From NCBI GenBank assembly GCA_001823575.1, contig MHUW01000001.1, positions 12,909-76,908 on the forward strand: a DNA stretch of 64,000 nt, in the 5' to 3' direction. The notes beneath the pieces were generated by a model. That model was not told the DNA's origin. It ran no database searches and saw only the letters and a list, made by a program, of their open reading frames with translations. This document shows, in pieces, positions 26,965 to 35,330 of the stretch (the first letter of the stretch is position 1; every line of letters begins with the position of its first letter). A program made the translations under genes and the position numbers. The DNA is from Candidatus Yonathbacteria bacterium RIFCSPLOWO2_01_FULL_47_33b. Lineage in GTDB: Bacteria; Patescibacteriota; Minisyncoccia; Phycocordibacterales; UBA1550.

Positions 26965-27896
26965 TGAAATTAGGTCATTACAACTTGAGTATAAAGTCTT
27001 CACGGAGAATCTCCTCGCAAGTTTTTTTGCTGATTGCTACTATGTTATTTGCAGTACCCAACATTACATATGCGGAGGTAACTCAAGGCTGTTCACCTAC
27101 TAGCTCTTCGTATGTGGTTCAAAGCCTTGATCGAAATCCATACAATGCTGGTGATACAATTACCGCGACACTATATTCACCACCACAAAATCTTACTACT
27201 AGAGGCGGAGGGTGGGTCGTGAGTATTTATGCAAAAGTTGATGGGGTAACTGGTCAATATTTTGCTACAGGAGAGCTTGGGGGGAAGACTCCTTGGACTG
27301 TTTCTACTCAGTTGGTTGCACCTGCTGGCTTAGGGCAACATTATGTGGAATTTGGCTTTTCGTCAGGGCATGGGGCTGGAGTGAGATGTAGTATTCCTTT
27401 TACCGTAGTCTCTCCTTCGGGCACCATAAATGTCTCTTCAAGTATCTCGTCCTCCTGGACAATCACCGGACCTGTAACCATCCCTGGCTCAGGAACTTCA
27501 CAGTCCTCACCTTCACAGCCTGCGGGAGCCTATACTATCACCTGGAATCCTGTAGCTGGGCACACCACCCCTCCATCACAGAGCCTCACTCTTATTTCTG
27601 GGGGAATGATTACGTTTAGTGGGACATACACGGCGCTTGCATCATGCCCTCTCCCTTGGGGAGGAAGCATCGCAAGCGGTAATTCAACCACGGCATACCA
27701 GTCAGCTTCCGTAATGTCCCCACTAGCTTGTACCTCACAATCCCGCCTCTGTACCAACGGAACTCTTACAGGTACCTATGCAAACCAGAGTTGTGTGGTC
27801 AATCCTGCCTCAGTGTGTTCTAATGGTATCTGTGAAGCAGGAGAGAACCCCTTAACGTGTCCACAGGATTGTAAAGTTAAGATCAAGCAGTTTTAA
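26961..27896 (+). CDS. Secreted Cys-rich protein with C-terminal CEAGENPLTCPQDCKVKIKQF module
   Basis: Signal peptide. 11 Cys in the last 120 aa. The C-terminal 23 aa align with the 14381 protein C-terminus. Confidence 0.6.
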   Translation: MMKLGHYNLSIKSSRRISSQVFLLIATMLFAVPNITYAEVTQGCSPTSSSYVVQSLDRNPYNAGDTITATLYSPPQNLTTRGGGWVVSIYAKVDGVTGQYFATGELGGKTPWTVSTQLVAPAGLGQHYVEFGFSSGHGAGVRCSIPFTVVSPSGTINVSSSISSSWTITGPVTIPGSGTSQSSPSQPAGAYTITWNPVAGHTTPPSQSLTLISGGMITFSGTYTALASCPLPWGGSIASGNSTTAYQSASVMSPLACTSQSRLCTNGTLTGTYANQSCVVNPASVCSNGICEAGENPLTCPQDCKVKIKQF

Positions 27897-27951
27897 CCCT
27901 TCAAAACAAGCTCAGGATTAAAATATCGCGCTTTGGGCGCGATTTTTTGTT

Positions 27952-28461
27952 GTGTCGTGTGGTATAATTCATAGCATGAAAACAAACATGTACTGGGTGC
28001 AGGTGGGGGCGCTTTTGGTAGGGACGTTTTTTGCGTGGACGACCGCGGTAGTGGATTTTCTGCGGTTTTACCAGGCTGAAGGCACGCTCTTCAAGATCAA
28101 TGATTGTTTGTATCCTAATCCTGTTACCACTCCATGCTTTTACGGAGCGATAGCTTTTGCTATTGCGCTTGGGTGGGCAATTTTAATTCTCAAAAAAGAA
28201 GGTGAAATGCGTCGTAAAAGTGAAAAATATCTCTCGTGGCTTTTGATAGCGGGAACAATCTTTGCGTGGACAAGTTTTGGGCGCCTAGTATACAATTTCT
28301 ACACCGCACTCCCAGGGCAGGGAATCGGGTGTTCTGGAGTCCCTACGGCAAACCCCTTTACCACCCCCTGTTTCTTTGGGGCGACACTTTTTCTTATTGC
28401 ACTCATCATTTCATTGGTCATTCTCGCCAAAGAAGCAAAATCTCAAGTACCTGTGGTATAA
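27952..28461 (+). CDS. 4-TM membrane protein with an internal duplication, each half carrying C...TTPCF(Y/F)GA before a TM helix
   Basis: NDCLYPNPVTTPCFYGAIAFAIAL and GCSGVPTANPFTTPCFFGATLFLIAL. Possible thiol-oxidoreductase-like membrane protein (inference). Confidence 0.5.
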   Translation: MSCGIIHSMKTNMYWVQVGALLVGTFFAWTTAVVDFLRFYQAEGTLFKINDCLYPNPVTTPCFYGAIAFAIALGWAILILKKEGEMRRKSEKYLSWLLIAGTIFAWTSFGRLVYNFYTALPGQGIGCSGVPTANPFTTPCFFGATLFLIALIISLVILAKEAKSQVPVV

Positions 28462-28470
28462 TCTAGGGTA

Positions 28471-31242
28471 ATGGCATTTTTTGGTTCTCGTAATGAAGAA
28501 ATGAAACCTGTCGCAGAAGATGTGGCGGGTAAGTTTGCATCCCCCCAGGAGGAGGTTGCGTATCTACGCGCGCAGATTGCGGAGCGCGAGCGCATCGTAG
28601 GAGCCGAGGGGCAGACCCTCGAGCGCCCCGTTGTTGCACAGGAAAAAGTTGCAGAATATCGCGCGCAGCCTGTCGCGCAGGTCCTTGCTCCTGAATATCA
28701 GCTCAAGGCACACGAGCTTGAGGAAGGGGTTTTGAAGATGGGGAAAGAGCACGAGGAGACGATAGATGAGCTTGTGCGCGTGATGATGGAGCGTGGTATC
28801 AAAAACGCCCTCGCTATTTTGGAAAAACTAAACGACCCCCACCTCGAGGATGATTTCCATCGCTTCTTGGTACAGTTTCTTCTTGACGAAAGCATGGCAG
28901 GCAGTGTTTCAAAAGAGCGTGTACTGTTCCGTGCGCTCCGTATGCGTTTGTATGAGATCACCCTTCCACCTATTGACTCAAAGGGCGAGTCGCGCAGTTT
29001 TGCAGACCTTGTAACAGGGATGGAGCAGCTGTATGCAGGCATGCTCTCCATAGAGAACCCGTCAGCCGGATGGCTTGATGTGAAAAACTATTTTACCCTC
29101 GAGCTTGCACTCTCCAACTTTTCAAGCGAGATTGTCTTTTATGCTTCGGTGCCCACCGAACGTGCTGATTTGTTCGAGAAACAGGTCCTTGCTGTGTATC
29201 CTGATGCGAAGCTTCGTGAGCATAAAGAGGACTACAATCCGTTTAACGAGAAAGGAGTAACGCTTGTTTCGGTTGCGGAACCTGTCGGGAGCACGGTGTT
29301 TCCCGTGAAGACCTTTGAAGCGTTCCAGCAAGACCCGCTCAACGTGCTTTTGGGAGCGTTTGGGAAGATGCTTCATGAAGGAGAGGGGGCGTCGGTGCAG
29401 TTTGTTGTCAAGCCTGCTGGCAAAGTATTCAATGAGCATTACAAGAGTATTCGTGAGGAGATTAAAAAAGGCACACCAGTGAAAAAAGCGCTTGAACACA
29501 CGGCGCTTCGCCTGACGACCGAGTTTGCTGCCGTAACCAAGGACATACTTTTTGGGGTTAAAAAGAAAGAGGACGCGCCAATCGACGAACATGCCGTGGA
29601 GGCTATTACCGAAAAGATTGCATCACCAATCGTTGATACAAATATTCGCATCGTTGTCTCGGCGGGTACTGAAGAACGTGCACGAGCAATCCTCACCGAG
29701 CTTGAAAGTGCGTTCAACCAGTTCACCAAGCCACAGGCAAACGGTATTGCGTGGAAGAGACCCGCAAAAAGCGATTTGATGCGCACTATCTATGAGTTTT
29801 CGTTCCGTATTTTTTCAGATAAATATAGTTTCCCTCTCAACCTCAAAGAGCTCACCACGATGTTTCATTTCCCTGTGTCAGCAACTACCGCAGCTGAACT
29901 CAAGGAGGCAAAGGCTGGCGTGGCACCAGCGCCGATGGAGATGGGGAACGAAGGTATTGTTTTGGGTAAAAATACCTACCATAACAAAGAAACATTGGTG
30001 CGAATGGGAAGAGAAGACCGCATGCGCCATACCTACGTCATTGGACAGACGGGTACTGGTAAGTCGCATATTTTGAAGACCATGATTATGCAGGACATCA
30101 TGAATGGTGACGGTGTCTGCTTTATCGATCCGCATGGAAACGACGTGCAGGATATTCTTGCGCTCATTCCTCCCGAGCGAGCGGACGATGTCATCTATTT
30201 TGATCCATCGAGCACTGAGCGCCCCATGGGTCTCAATATGCTTGAGTATGACCACAGCAAACCCGAGCAAAAGACCTTTGTGGTGAACGAGATGATGGGC
30301 ATTTTTAATCAGCTTTTTGATATGAAAGTGGGCGGTGGCGCAATGTTCGAGCAGTATTTCAAAAATGCCGCGTTCCTCCTGATGGAGGATACGAGCGAGC
30401 AGGCAACACTCCTCGAGATAACCCGCGTGCTTTCCGACAAAGCATTCCGTGATTTGAAGATTTCACGATGCAAAAATCCTATTATTGTGCAGTTTTGGGC
30501 GGCTGCCGAAAAGACGACCGGCGACCAAGGGTTGGCAAATTTCATTCCCTATATTTCGAGCAAATTCGACCCCTTTATTTCCAACGATATTATGCGCCCC
30601 GTTGTGCTGCAAAGGGAGTCATCGTTCAACTTTAGAAAGGTTATGGACGAAAAAAAGATTCTCCTCGTCAACTTGTCAAAAGGGCGTCTAGGCGACATCA
30701 ATGCAAACCTGATTGGCCTTGTGTTGGTAGGCAAGATTACTATGGCGGCGCTTTCGCGCGTAGATATGTTTGGCTCGGGACAAAAGCCCAACGATTTTTA
30801 TTTATACATCGACGAATTCCAAAATGTGACCACACCCTCAATTGCATCCATACTCTCCGAGGCGCGCAAGTATCGCTTGAGCTTGAACATCGCGCATCAA
30901 TACATCGCCCAACTCCCCGACAATATCAGAGATGCGGTGTTTGGTAATGTGGGTAACGTGGCAGTGTTCCGTGTCGGGCAAGAAGATGCAGAGTATTTGG
31001 AAAAGAAATTCCTTCCGACATTTTCCGCACAGGATATCGTGCGCCTCGATAACCGCAATGCTTACATAAGTATGTTGGTAAACGGACAGCCGACAAAACC
31101 ATTTAATATCGAGACGTTGCCGCTTGAGACGGGAAATCCCGCAATGGCAGAAAAGCTCAAACAACTCTCAGCGCTCAAGTACGGCCTCCCTCAAGAAGAA
31201 GTAAACGCCGAAATCTTTGCCCGCTATCGCCCGCAGGGGTAA
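28471..31242 (+). CDS. Large P-loop ATPase of the VirD4/TraG/TraD (FtsK-HerA superfamily) type with a ~500-aa N-terminal soluble extension
   Basis: Walker A VIGQTGTGKSH. Walker B FYLYIDEFQNV. TraD/TraG-type C-terminal signature ARKYRLSLNIAHQYIAQL. No N-terminal TM helices. Confidence 0.65.
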   Translation: MAFFGSRNEEMKPVAEDVAGKFASPQEEVAYLRAQIAERERIVGAEGQTLERPVVAQEKVAEYRAQPVAQVLAPEYQLKAHELEEGVLKMGKEHEETIDELVRVMMERGIKNALAILEKLNDPHLEDDFHRFLVQFLLDESMAGSVSKERVLFRALRMRLYEITLPPIDSKGESRSFADLVTGMEQLYAGMLSIENPSAGWLDVKNYFTLELALSNFSSEIVFYASVPTERADLFEKQVLAVYPDAKLREHKEDYNPFNEKGVTLVSVAEPVGSTVFPVKTFEAFQQDPLNVLLGAFGKMLHEGEGASVQFVVKPAGKVFNEHYKSIREEIKKGTPVKKALEHTALRLTTEFAAVTKDILFGVKKKEDAPIDEHAVEAITEKIASPIVDTNIRIVVSAGTEERARAILTELESAFNQFTKPQANGIAWKRPAKSDLMRTIYEFSFRIFSDKYSFPLNLKELTTMFHFPVSATTAAELKEAKAGVAPAPMEMGNEGIVLGKNTYHNKETLVRMGREDRMRHTYVIGQTGTGKSHILKTMIMQDIMNGDGVCFIDPHGNDVQDILALIPPERADDVIYFDPSSTERPMGLNMLEYDHSKPEQKTFVVNEMMGIFNQLFDMKVGGGAMFEQYFKNAAFLLMEDTSEQATLLEITRVLSDKAFRDLKISRCKNPIIVQFWAAAEKTTGDQGLANFIPYISSKFDPFISNDIMRPVVLQRESSFNFRKVMDEKKILLVNLSKGRLGDINANLIGLVLVGKITMAALSRVDMFGSGQKPNDFYLYIDEFQNVTTPSIASILSEARKYRLSLNIAHQYIAQLPDNIRDAVFGNVGNVAVFRVGQEDAEYLEKKFLPTFSAQDIVRLDNRNAYISMLVNGQPTKPFNIETLPLETGNPAMAEKLKQLSALKYGLPQEEVNAEIFARYRPQG

Positions 31243-31291
31243 AAAAAGGGGGCAACTTGACATATATATTAGATATATATAGGATATATAT

Positions 31292-31570
31292 ATGAATACA
31301 CAAGTAATTTTTAAGATGGATAAAAAGCTCAAGGAGCGTGCGATGAAAAAAGCACGCGCTGAGGGCATCCCTTTTTCTGCGGTTCTCACGCTTGCCACGA
31401 GGTCTTTTGTGGAGGGTGGTCTTGCCATTGAGGCGGTGCAGCGCCAAGTATTGAATGACAAGACACGCAAAATACTCGATAGTGCCCTCAAGAATATTAG
31501 ATTGGGTAAAAATCTCTCCCCGCAGTTTACCAACATGAAAGATATGGACGCATATCTCAATGCTCTTTAG
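31292..31570 (+). CDS. Type II antitoxin, RelB/DinJ-like
   Basis: MNTQVIFKMDKKLKERAMKKARAEGIPFSAVLTLATRSFVEGG... matches the DinJ pattern. Confidence 0.6.
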   Translation: MNTQVIFKMDKKLKERAMKKARAEGIPFSAVLTLATRSFVEGGLAIEAVQRQVLNDKTRKILDSALKNIRLGKNLSPQFTNMKDMDAYLNAL

Positions 31571-31832
31571 GAGGAAAAGTATTCTTCTACAGAAACATTT
31601 TGAGAAGAGGTACGCAAAACTTCCCAAGAAAATCAAAGATGCTTTTAAGGAACGGAGGAATCTTTTTCTTGAGAATATGTAGGATCCGATCCTTGACAAC
31701 CACCCTGTCGACAAAGCATATCCCGGCTGTCGCAGTATTGATATCACAGGAGACTATCGCGCGATATTTTTTGACGGGGACGAGGTAGTCACTTTTGTTG
31801 CCATTGGCACGCATGCGCAGTTGTATAAGTAA
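31560..31832 (+). pseudogene. RelE/ParE-family toxin interrupted by an in-frame TAG (31680..31682)
   Basis: MLFRRKSILLQKHFEKRYAKLPKKIKDAFKERRNLFLENM*DPILDNHPVDKAYPGCRSIDITGDYRAIFFDGDEVVTFVAIGTHAQLYK. It overlaps the antitoxin by 11 nt. Confidence 0.55.
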
Positions 31833-31852
31833 TGCATTGACCCGCATGCTAG

Positions 31853-31897
31853 GACTATAGACGTATAAAACCCTATAGTACATTATACGTCTATAGT
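31853..31897. repeat. 15-bp perfect inverted repeat (GACTATAGACGTATA) with a 15-nt spacer, upstream of the 31955 promoter
   Basis: gactatagacgtataaaaccctatagtacattatacgtctatagtc. Confidence 0.85.
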
Positions 31898-31917
31898 CTG
31901 CAGTTGAGGATTTTTCA

Positions 31918-31945
31918 TTGACTTTATTTCAGGGGGGGGCATAAT
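31918..31945 (+). promoter_or_regulatory. Promoter TTGACT - 16 bp containing G8 - CATAAT
   Basis: ttgactttatttcaGGGGGGGGcataat. The G8 tract (31932..31939) lies in the spacer. Confidence 0.45.
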
Positions 31946-31954
31946 AAGGACATT

Positions 31955-33214
31955 ATGGAAAAACAAAACTGGCAGGATGAGGCGATAAAAGATTCAGGCA
32001 TCAAGGTTCCCGAATGGGAATTGGAGGGAACGGGAACGGAACAAAAAGAGGCACAAGAAGGCGCTGTGGAAGAAATGCCCAGCGCTGCCGAGACGCGTAT
32101 GGCGGAGCTTGCTGCGGAGACACAGGCCGCAACACCTGAAAGCCTTGTAGAAAAGGCAGCGCAGACCGAGGCGCTCCGTGCTGAGATTGCCGAGATGGCG
32201 AAGCCGGAGCAGAAGCCTGCAGATGACCCAAGCCACAGGTATAATACTGTAACCGGTGAGCCGAACCCGAAATTCGCAGGAGTAAACACTCCCGAGCAAT
32301 CAGAGAAATTAAACGCATTGCATCAAACAAAAAGAGAAAGGAATCAGTCCGCCAACACATTTTTTGCAGAAGAAAGAAATAAAGACCGTACATGGTGGCA
32401 AAAGATTACCGGAAAAGGAAAGTTGTCTGCTGAGGATGTTGCGCACGAGCAGGCGTTGAAAATGAATATCAAAGTAGATAAAGAACAGGAGATGAATAGT
32501 CTCTTTGGTATATCACGCACGAATACAGAGGTCTCTACTGAGGCAGTAATGGAGGTAAATAAAGGGATTAAAGAAGAACTTGAAAAACTAGGTGTTAACC
32601 TCGAGGCACTCAAAGAGAATGGTTTCAAGTTTGACCAAGAAGTTTTAACTAAAGAGAAAGAACCTGCGCTCGGTGCTTTGCGTGAAAAAATGGGTGGTGC
32701 TATTACGAACATTTTTGACAAGCTCGCAAAAATAGATAAAGAACATGTTGTAGGGGTTTCTGTTGTTGTTGGGCTTGTGGCGGCAATGGTCCCTGTGTTA
32801 GGACTCCATGATTTACAGGGAGTTATTTCAATGTTACCAGACAGTGTGTCCAATTTTTTGCAAAGCCCTGAGTTGGCTGGTAATCCTCTATGGTCGACTA
32901 TTACCCCAGATGGAAATCTTTCGATGCCATCAGTTGAAAATTATATGCATCAGGTTGATGTGTTTAATGAAACCACCGGTGCAACTATTGCTGAATCTGG
33001 CATGGAAGGTAACCCTTTTGGCCAACCCGTAGACTTTCGAGACCCTAATATTCGTGCAAAATTTGTAGAAATCGCAAACTATGAGCAGGATCTACATAGG
33101 GTAGGGAGTGCATTTGCAAACCTTGCAACCATACCCGTGGTTATGGGGGCTGCTATACACGCTGGTAAAATCTTCGGCAAGATCGGAAAATACTTTATGG
33201 GAGAGAAGAAATAA
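31955..33214 (+). CDS. Hypothetical 419-aa acidic protein with a single central TM helix
   Basis: No recognisable domain. TM helix VVGVSVVVGLVAAMVPVLGL. Confidence 0.5.
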   Translation: MEKQNWQDEAIKDSGIKVPEWELEGTGTEQKEAQEGAVEEMPSAAETRMAELAAETQAATPESLVEKAAQTEALRAEIAEMAKPEQKPADDPSHRYNTVTGEPNPKFAGVNTPEQSEKLNALHQTKRERNQSANTFFAEERNKDRTWWQKITGKGKLSAEDVAHEQALKMNIKVDKEQEMNSLFGISRTNTEVSTEAVMEVNKGIKEELEKLGVNLEALKENGFKFDQEVLTKEKEPALGALREKMGGAITNIFDKLAKIDKEHVVGVSVVVGLVAAMVPVLGLHDLQGVISMLPDSVSNFLQSPELAGNPLWSTITPDGNLSMPSVENYMHQVDVFNETTGATIAESGMEGNPFGQPVDFRDPNIRAKFVEIANYEQDLHRVGSAFANLATIPVVMGAAIHAGKIFGKIGKYFMGEKK

Positions 33215-33228
33215 TTTTAATACACACT

Positions 33229-33381
33229 ATGACACCAGAAGAAATTCAAAAAAAGATTGCGCAAGCTATGGAGAAGCTCTCACCAGAAGAGCAGCTGGAA
33301 CTTCTCAAGACGCTTAACGGGTCAATAGAAGATATGAACAAAGCCATCACGGAATACTTTACTGATACACAGAAAATGTAG
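33229..33381 (+). CDS. Small hypothetical protein (50 aa)
   Basis: ATG ORF MTPEEIQKKIAQAMEKLSPEEQLELLKTLNGSIEDMNKAITEYFTDTQKM, below the ORF-track threshold. Confidence 0.25.
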   Translation: MTPEEIQKKIAQAMEKLSPEEQLELLKTLNGSIEDMNKAITEYFTDTQKM

Positions 33382-33454
33382 TTCTTGGGCACGATGGGAA
33401 AGTTGCCCGCACGCCCTTTTTCTGCTAAGATAGCCCAATCTTAACAGGTAATTA

Positions 33455-33940
33455 TTGAATATTATGGCACATCCAAAAGAGGAGCAGGTACTTATTATTG
33501 TAAAGCCAGACGCAATCCAGCGCGGGCTTTTGGGCGAGATTACCGGTCGTTTTGAGCGCAAAGGACTCAAAATCGTCGGTATGAAGATGATCAACCTCGA
33601 AGACGCACTTCTTGAGGCGCACTATGCGCACATTGCAGACAAGCCATTTTTCGTGGGAATTAAAGCATTTATGAAAGCATCACCCGTCGTGGTAATGGTG
33701 CTCTCGGGTATCAATGCGGTTTCAGCTACCCGTATCCTTGTTGGTCCTACGAAGGGATATGATGCAGACGCCGGAAGTATTCGCGGAGATCTTTCACTCT
33801 CGATTCAATCAAACGTGGTACACTCATCAGACTCAGTGGAGAACGGCAAAGCAGAAGTTGCTCGCTTCTTTAAGGCAGATGAAATTTTTGATTACAAGAA
33901 TTCAAATTTCGATTACGTGTACGCCGACGAGGCATTCTAA
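33455..33940 (+). CDS. ndk: Nucleoside diphosphate kinase
   Basis: LIIVKPDAIQRGLLGEITGRFERKGLKIVGMK. The active-site His context is present. Confidence 0.85.
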   Translation: MNIMAHPKEEQVLIIVKPDAIQRGLLGEITGRFERKGLKIVGMKMINLEDALLEAHYAHIADKPFFVGIKAFMKASPVVVMVLSGINAVSATRILVGPTKGYDADAGSIRGDLSLSIQSNVVHSSDSVENGKAEVARFFKADEIFDYKNSNFDYVYADEAF

Positions 33941-34321
33941 TTAAATAACTCATGTGCTGTATTACAAAAACCTTGCCCCTACACTTTTTGGGGCATTGTT
34001 TTTTGTGAAGTCGTTAAAAATTTTGTGATAATAATTTAAATTCATAAACATCGGGTTTTTATCATGTTCCCAAAAACCAACTTCGCGATGCCCCAAAAGG
34101 TGGTGGGGCTTGCGTCGCTCAAGGTTTTTGTTTTGTGGTAAAAAACAATATTGCAAAAAAGAATACGAAGGTGTACAGTTAACGTAGGGTTATTTGAGAT
34201 ATTGACTCCTAAGTTATTGGCAAGGGAGCCTCATATTTTCATGCACCGTGGTGTGTGATTGCGGGCACCCACCTAGATTCTCTCTAGGGCCAATATCTAC
34301 AAATAGCTCTAAGAAAAAAAA

Positions 34322-34349
34322 CCCCTGCGCCTCTGCGTAGGGGTTTTTT
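34322..34349 (+). terminator. Terminator hairpin (copy 1 of an identical pair)
   Basis: aaaaaaacccctgcgcctctgcgtaggggttttttc. Confidence 0.6.
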
Positions 34350-34418
34350 CTATGACGATTTAGAATTTTTTGTTATACTGAGGTTGTGATTATTAATAAA
34401 TAAGTTTTTTAGAAAATT

Positions 34419-34760
34419 ATGCTACAGGTAATATTGGTTATTTTTGGTATTTTGATTTTAATAAAAGGTAAACTGAAGGTTTCAGACACCAAGGTTATCT
34501 CGAGACCGCAATCGACTTACTGGGGGCTGGTCGTGCTCGCCTACGCAGTTGGTCTAAATTTCGTTCCTGAGACCTTGGTTTACGGCATAGTATTTTGGAT
34601 ATCTCTTTTGGTAGTCTCCATAACCTTTGTAGTCAAAGGAGAAACAATTGCAGGTGTGGACATTACAACTAAGCCAACGGAAACAAAAAGAAATGCGATG
34701 ATCTTACTAGGGTTTGTTGTAGTGCTTGTCGTCCTGTTCGTTTACGTCTGGAAGTTCTAG
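34419..34760 (+). CDS. Small 3-4 TM membrane protein
   Basis: Hydrophobic 113-aa ORF flanked by identical terminator copies. Confidence 0.45.
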   Translation: MLQVILVIFGILILIKGKLKVSDTKVISRPQSTYWGLVVLAYAVGLNFVPETLVYGIVFWISLLVVSITFVVKGETIAGVDITTKPTETKRNAMILLGFVVVLVVLFVYVWKF

Positions 34761-34780
34761 GTTCGTGCACAAGTAATTAG

Positions 34781-34815
34781 AAAAAACCCCTGCGCCTCTG
34801 CGTAGGGGTTTTTTC
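34781..34815 (+). terminator. Terminator hairpin (copy 2, identical to 34322..34349)
   Basis: aaaaaacccctgcgcctctgcgtaggggttttttc. Confidence 0.6.
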
Positions 34816-34827
34816 TATAAGCAAAGT

Positions 34828-34885
34828 ATGCCACACCCATGTCGTATAATATACTATAGTATATTATACGACATGGGTGTGGCAT
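34828..34885. repeat. Perfect 58-bp palindrome (centre ATACTATAGTAT), 12 bp upstream of the 34897 start
   Basis: atgccacacccatgtcgtataatatacta|tagtatattatacgacatgggtgtggcat. Confidence 0.9.
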
Positions 34886-34896
34886 ACGTGGTCTAA

Positions 34897-35319
34897 ATGC
34901 GATACAATAAACTTATGCAGCCACGTCCGTTTCCGGCATTACTACTTGTTCTTCTTGTGGCGATTGCGATCGTCAATGCTTTTGCGGAATATTACCACTG
35001 GTACTGGCTTATGCGGTGGTTTGATATCCCGATGCATTTTGCGGGGGGCGCATGGGTTGCAGGGGTTACGCTGTGGTGGAGGTTCTTTTCAGGGAGGTTT
35101 ACTACGGCACCGCTCAACAAAAAGGCCATATTTGTATGGGCAATGATTGGTGCGATCGGCATAGGCCTCGCTTGGGAGGCATATGAGGCAATCATCTCCT
35201 GCCTTACCGTGGGGCGTATGAACGATGTGCTCGACACCATAGGGGACCTTATTTTTGATATCTTGGGCGGATTGGTGAGTGCGGTGACACTGTGGGTCTA
35301 TACATATAAGAAACAATAA
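34897..35319 (+). CDS. Membrane protein, possibly VanZ-like
   Basis: 4 TM helices. The DIPMHFAGG motif resembles the VanZ family. Confidence 0.4.
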   Translation: MRYNKLMQPRPFPALLLVLLVAIAIVNAFAEYYHWYWLMRWFDIPMHFAGGAWVAGVTLWWRFFSGRFTTAPLNKKAIFVWAMIGAIGIGLAWEAYEAIISCLTVGRMNDVLDTIGDLIFDILGGLVSAVTLWVYTYKKQ

Positions 35320-35330
35320 TTATTACAGCT

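Noticed and set aside
31680-31682. Idea that TAG is recoded as a sense codon (two genes with in-frame TAG)
   Set aside because: TAG is used as a normal stop by rplX (18741..18743) and by the DinJ-like antitoxin (31568..31570), while TAA/TGA are also normal stops. Standard code 11 fits all ribosomal genes. The in-frame TAGs are better treated as pseudogenisation, readthrough or sequencing error.
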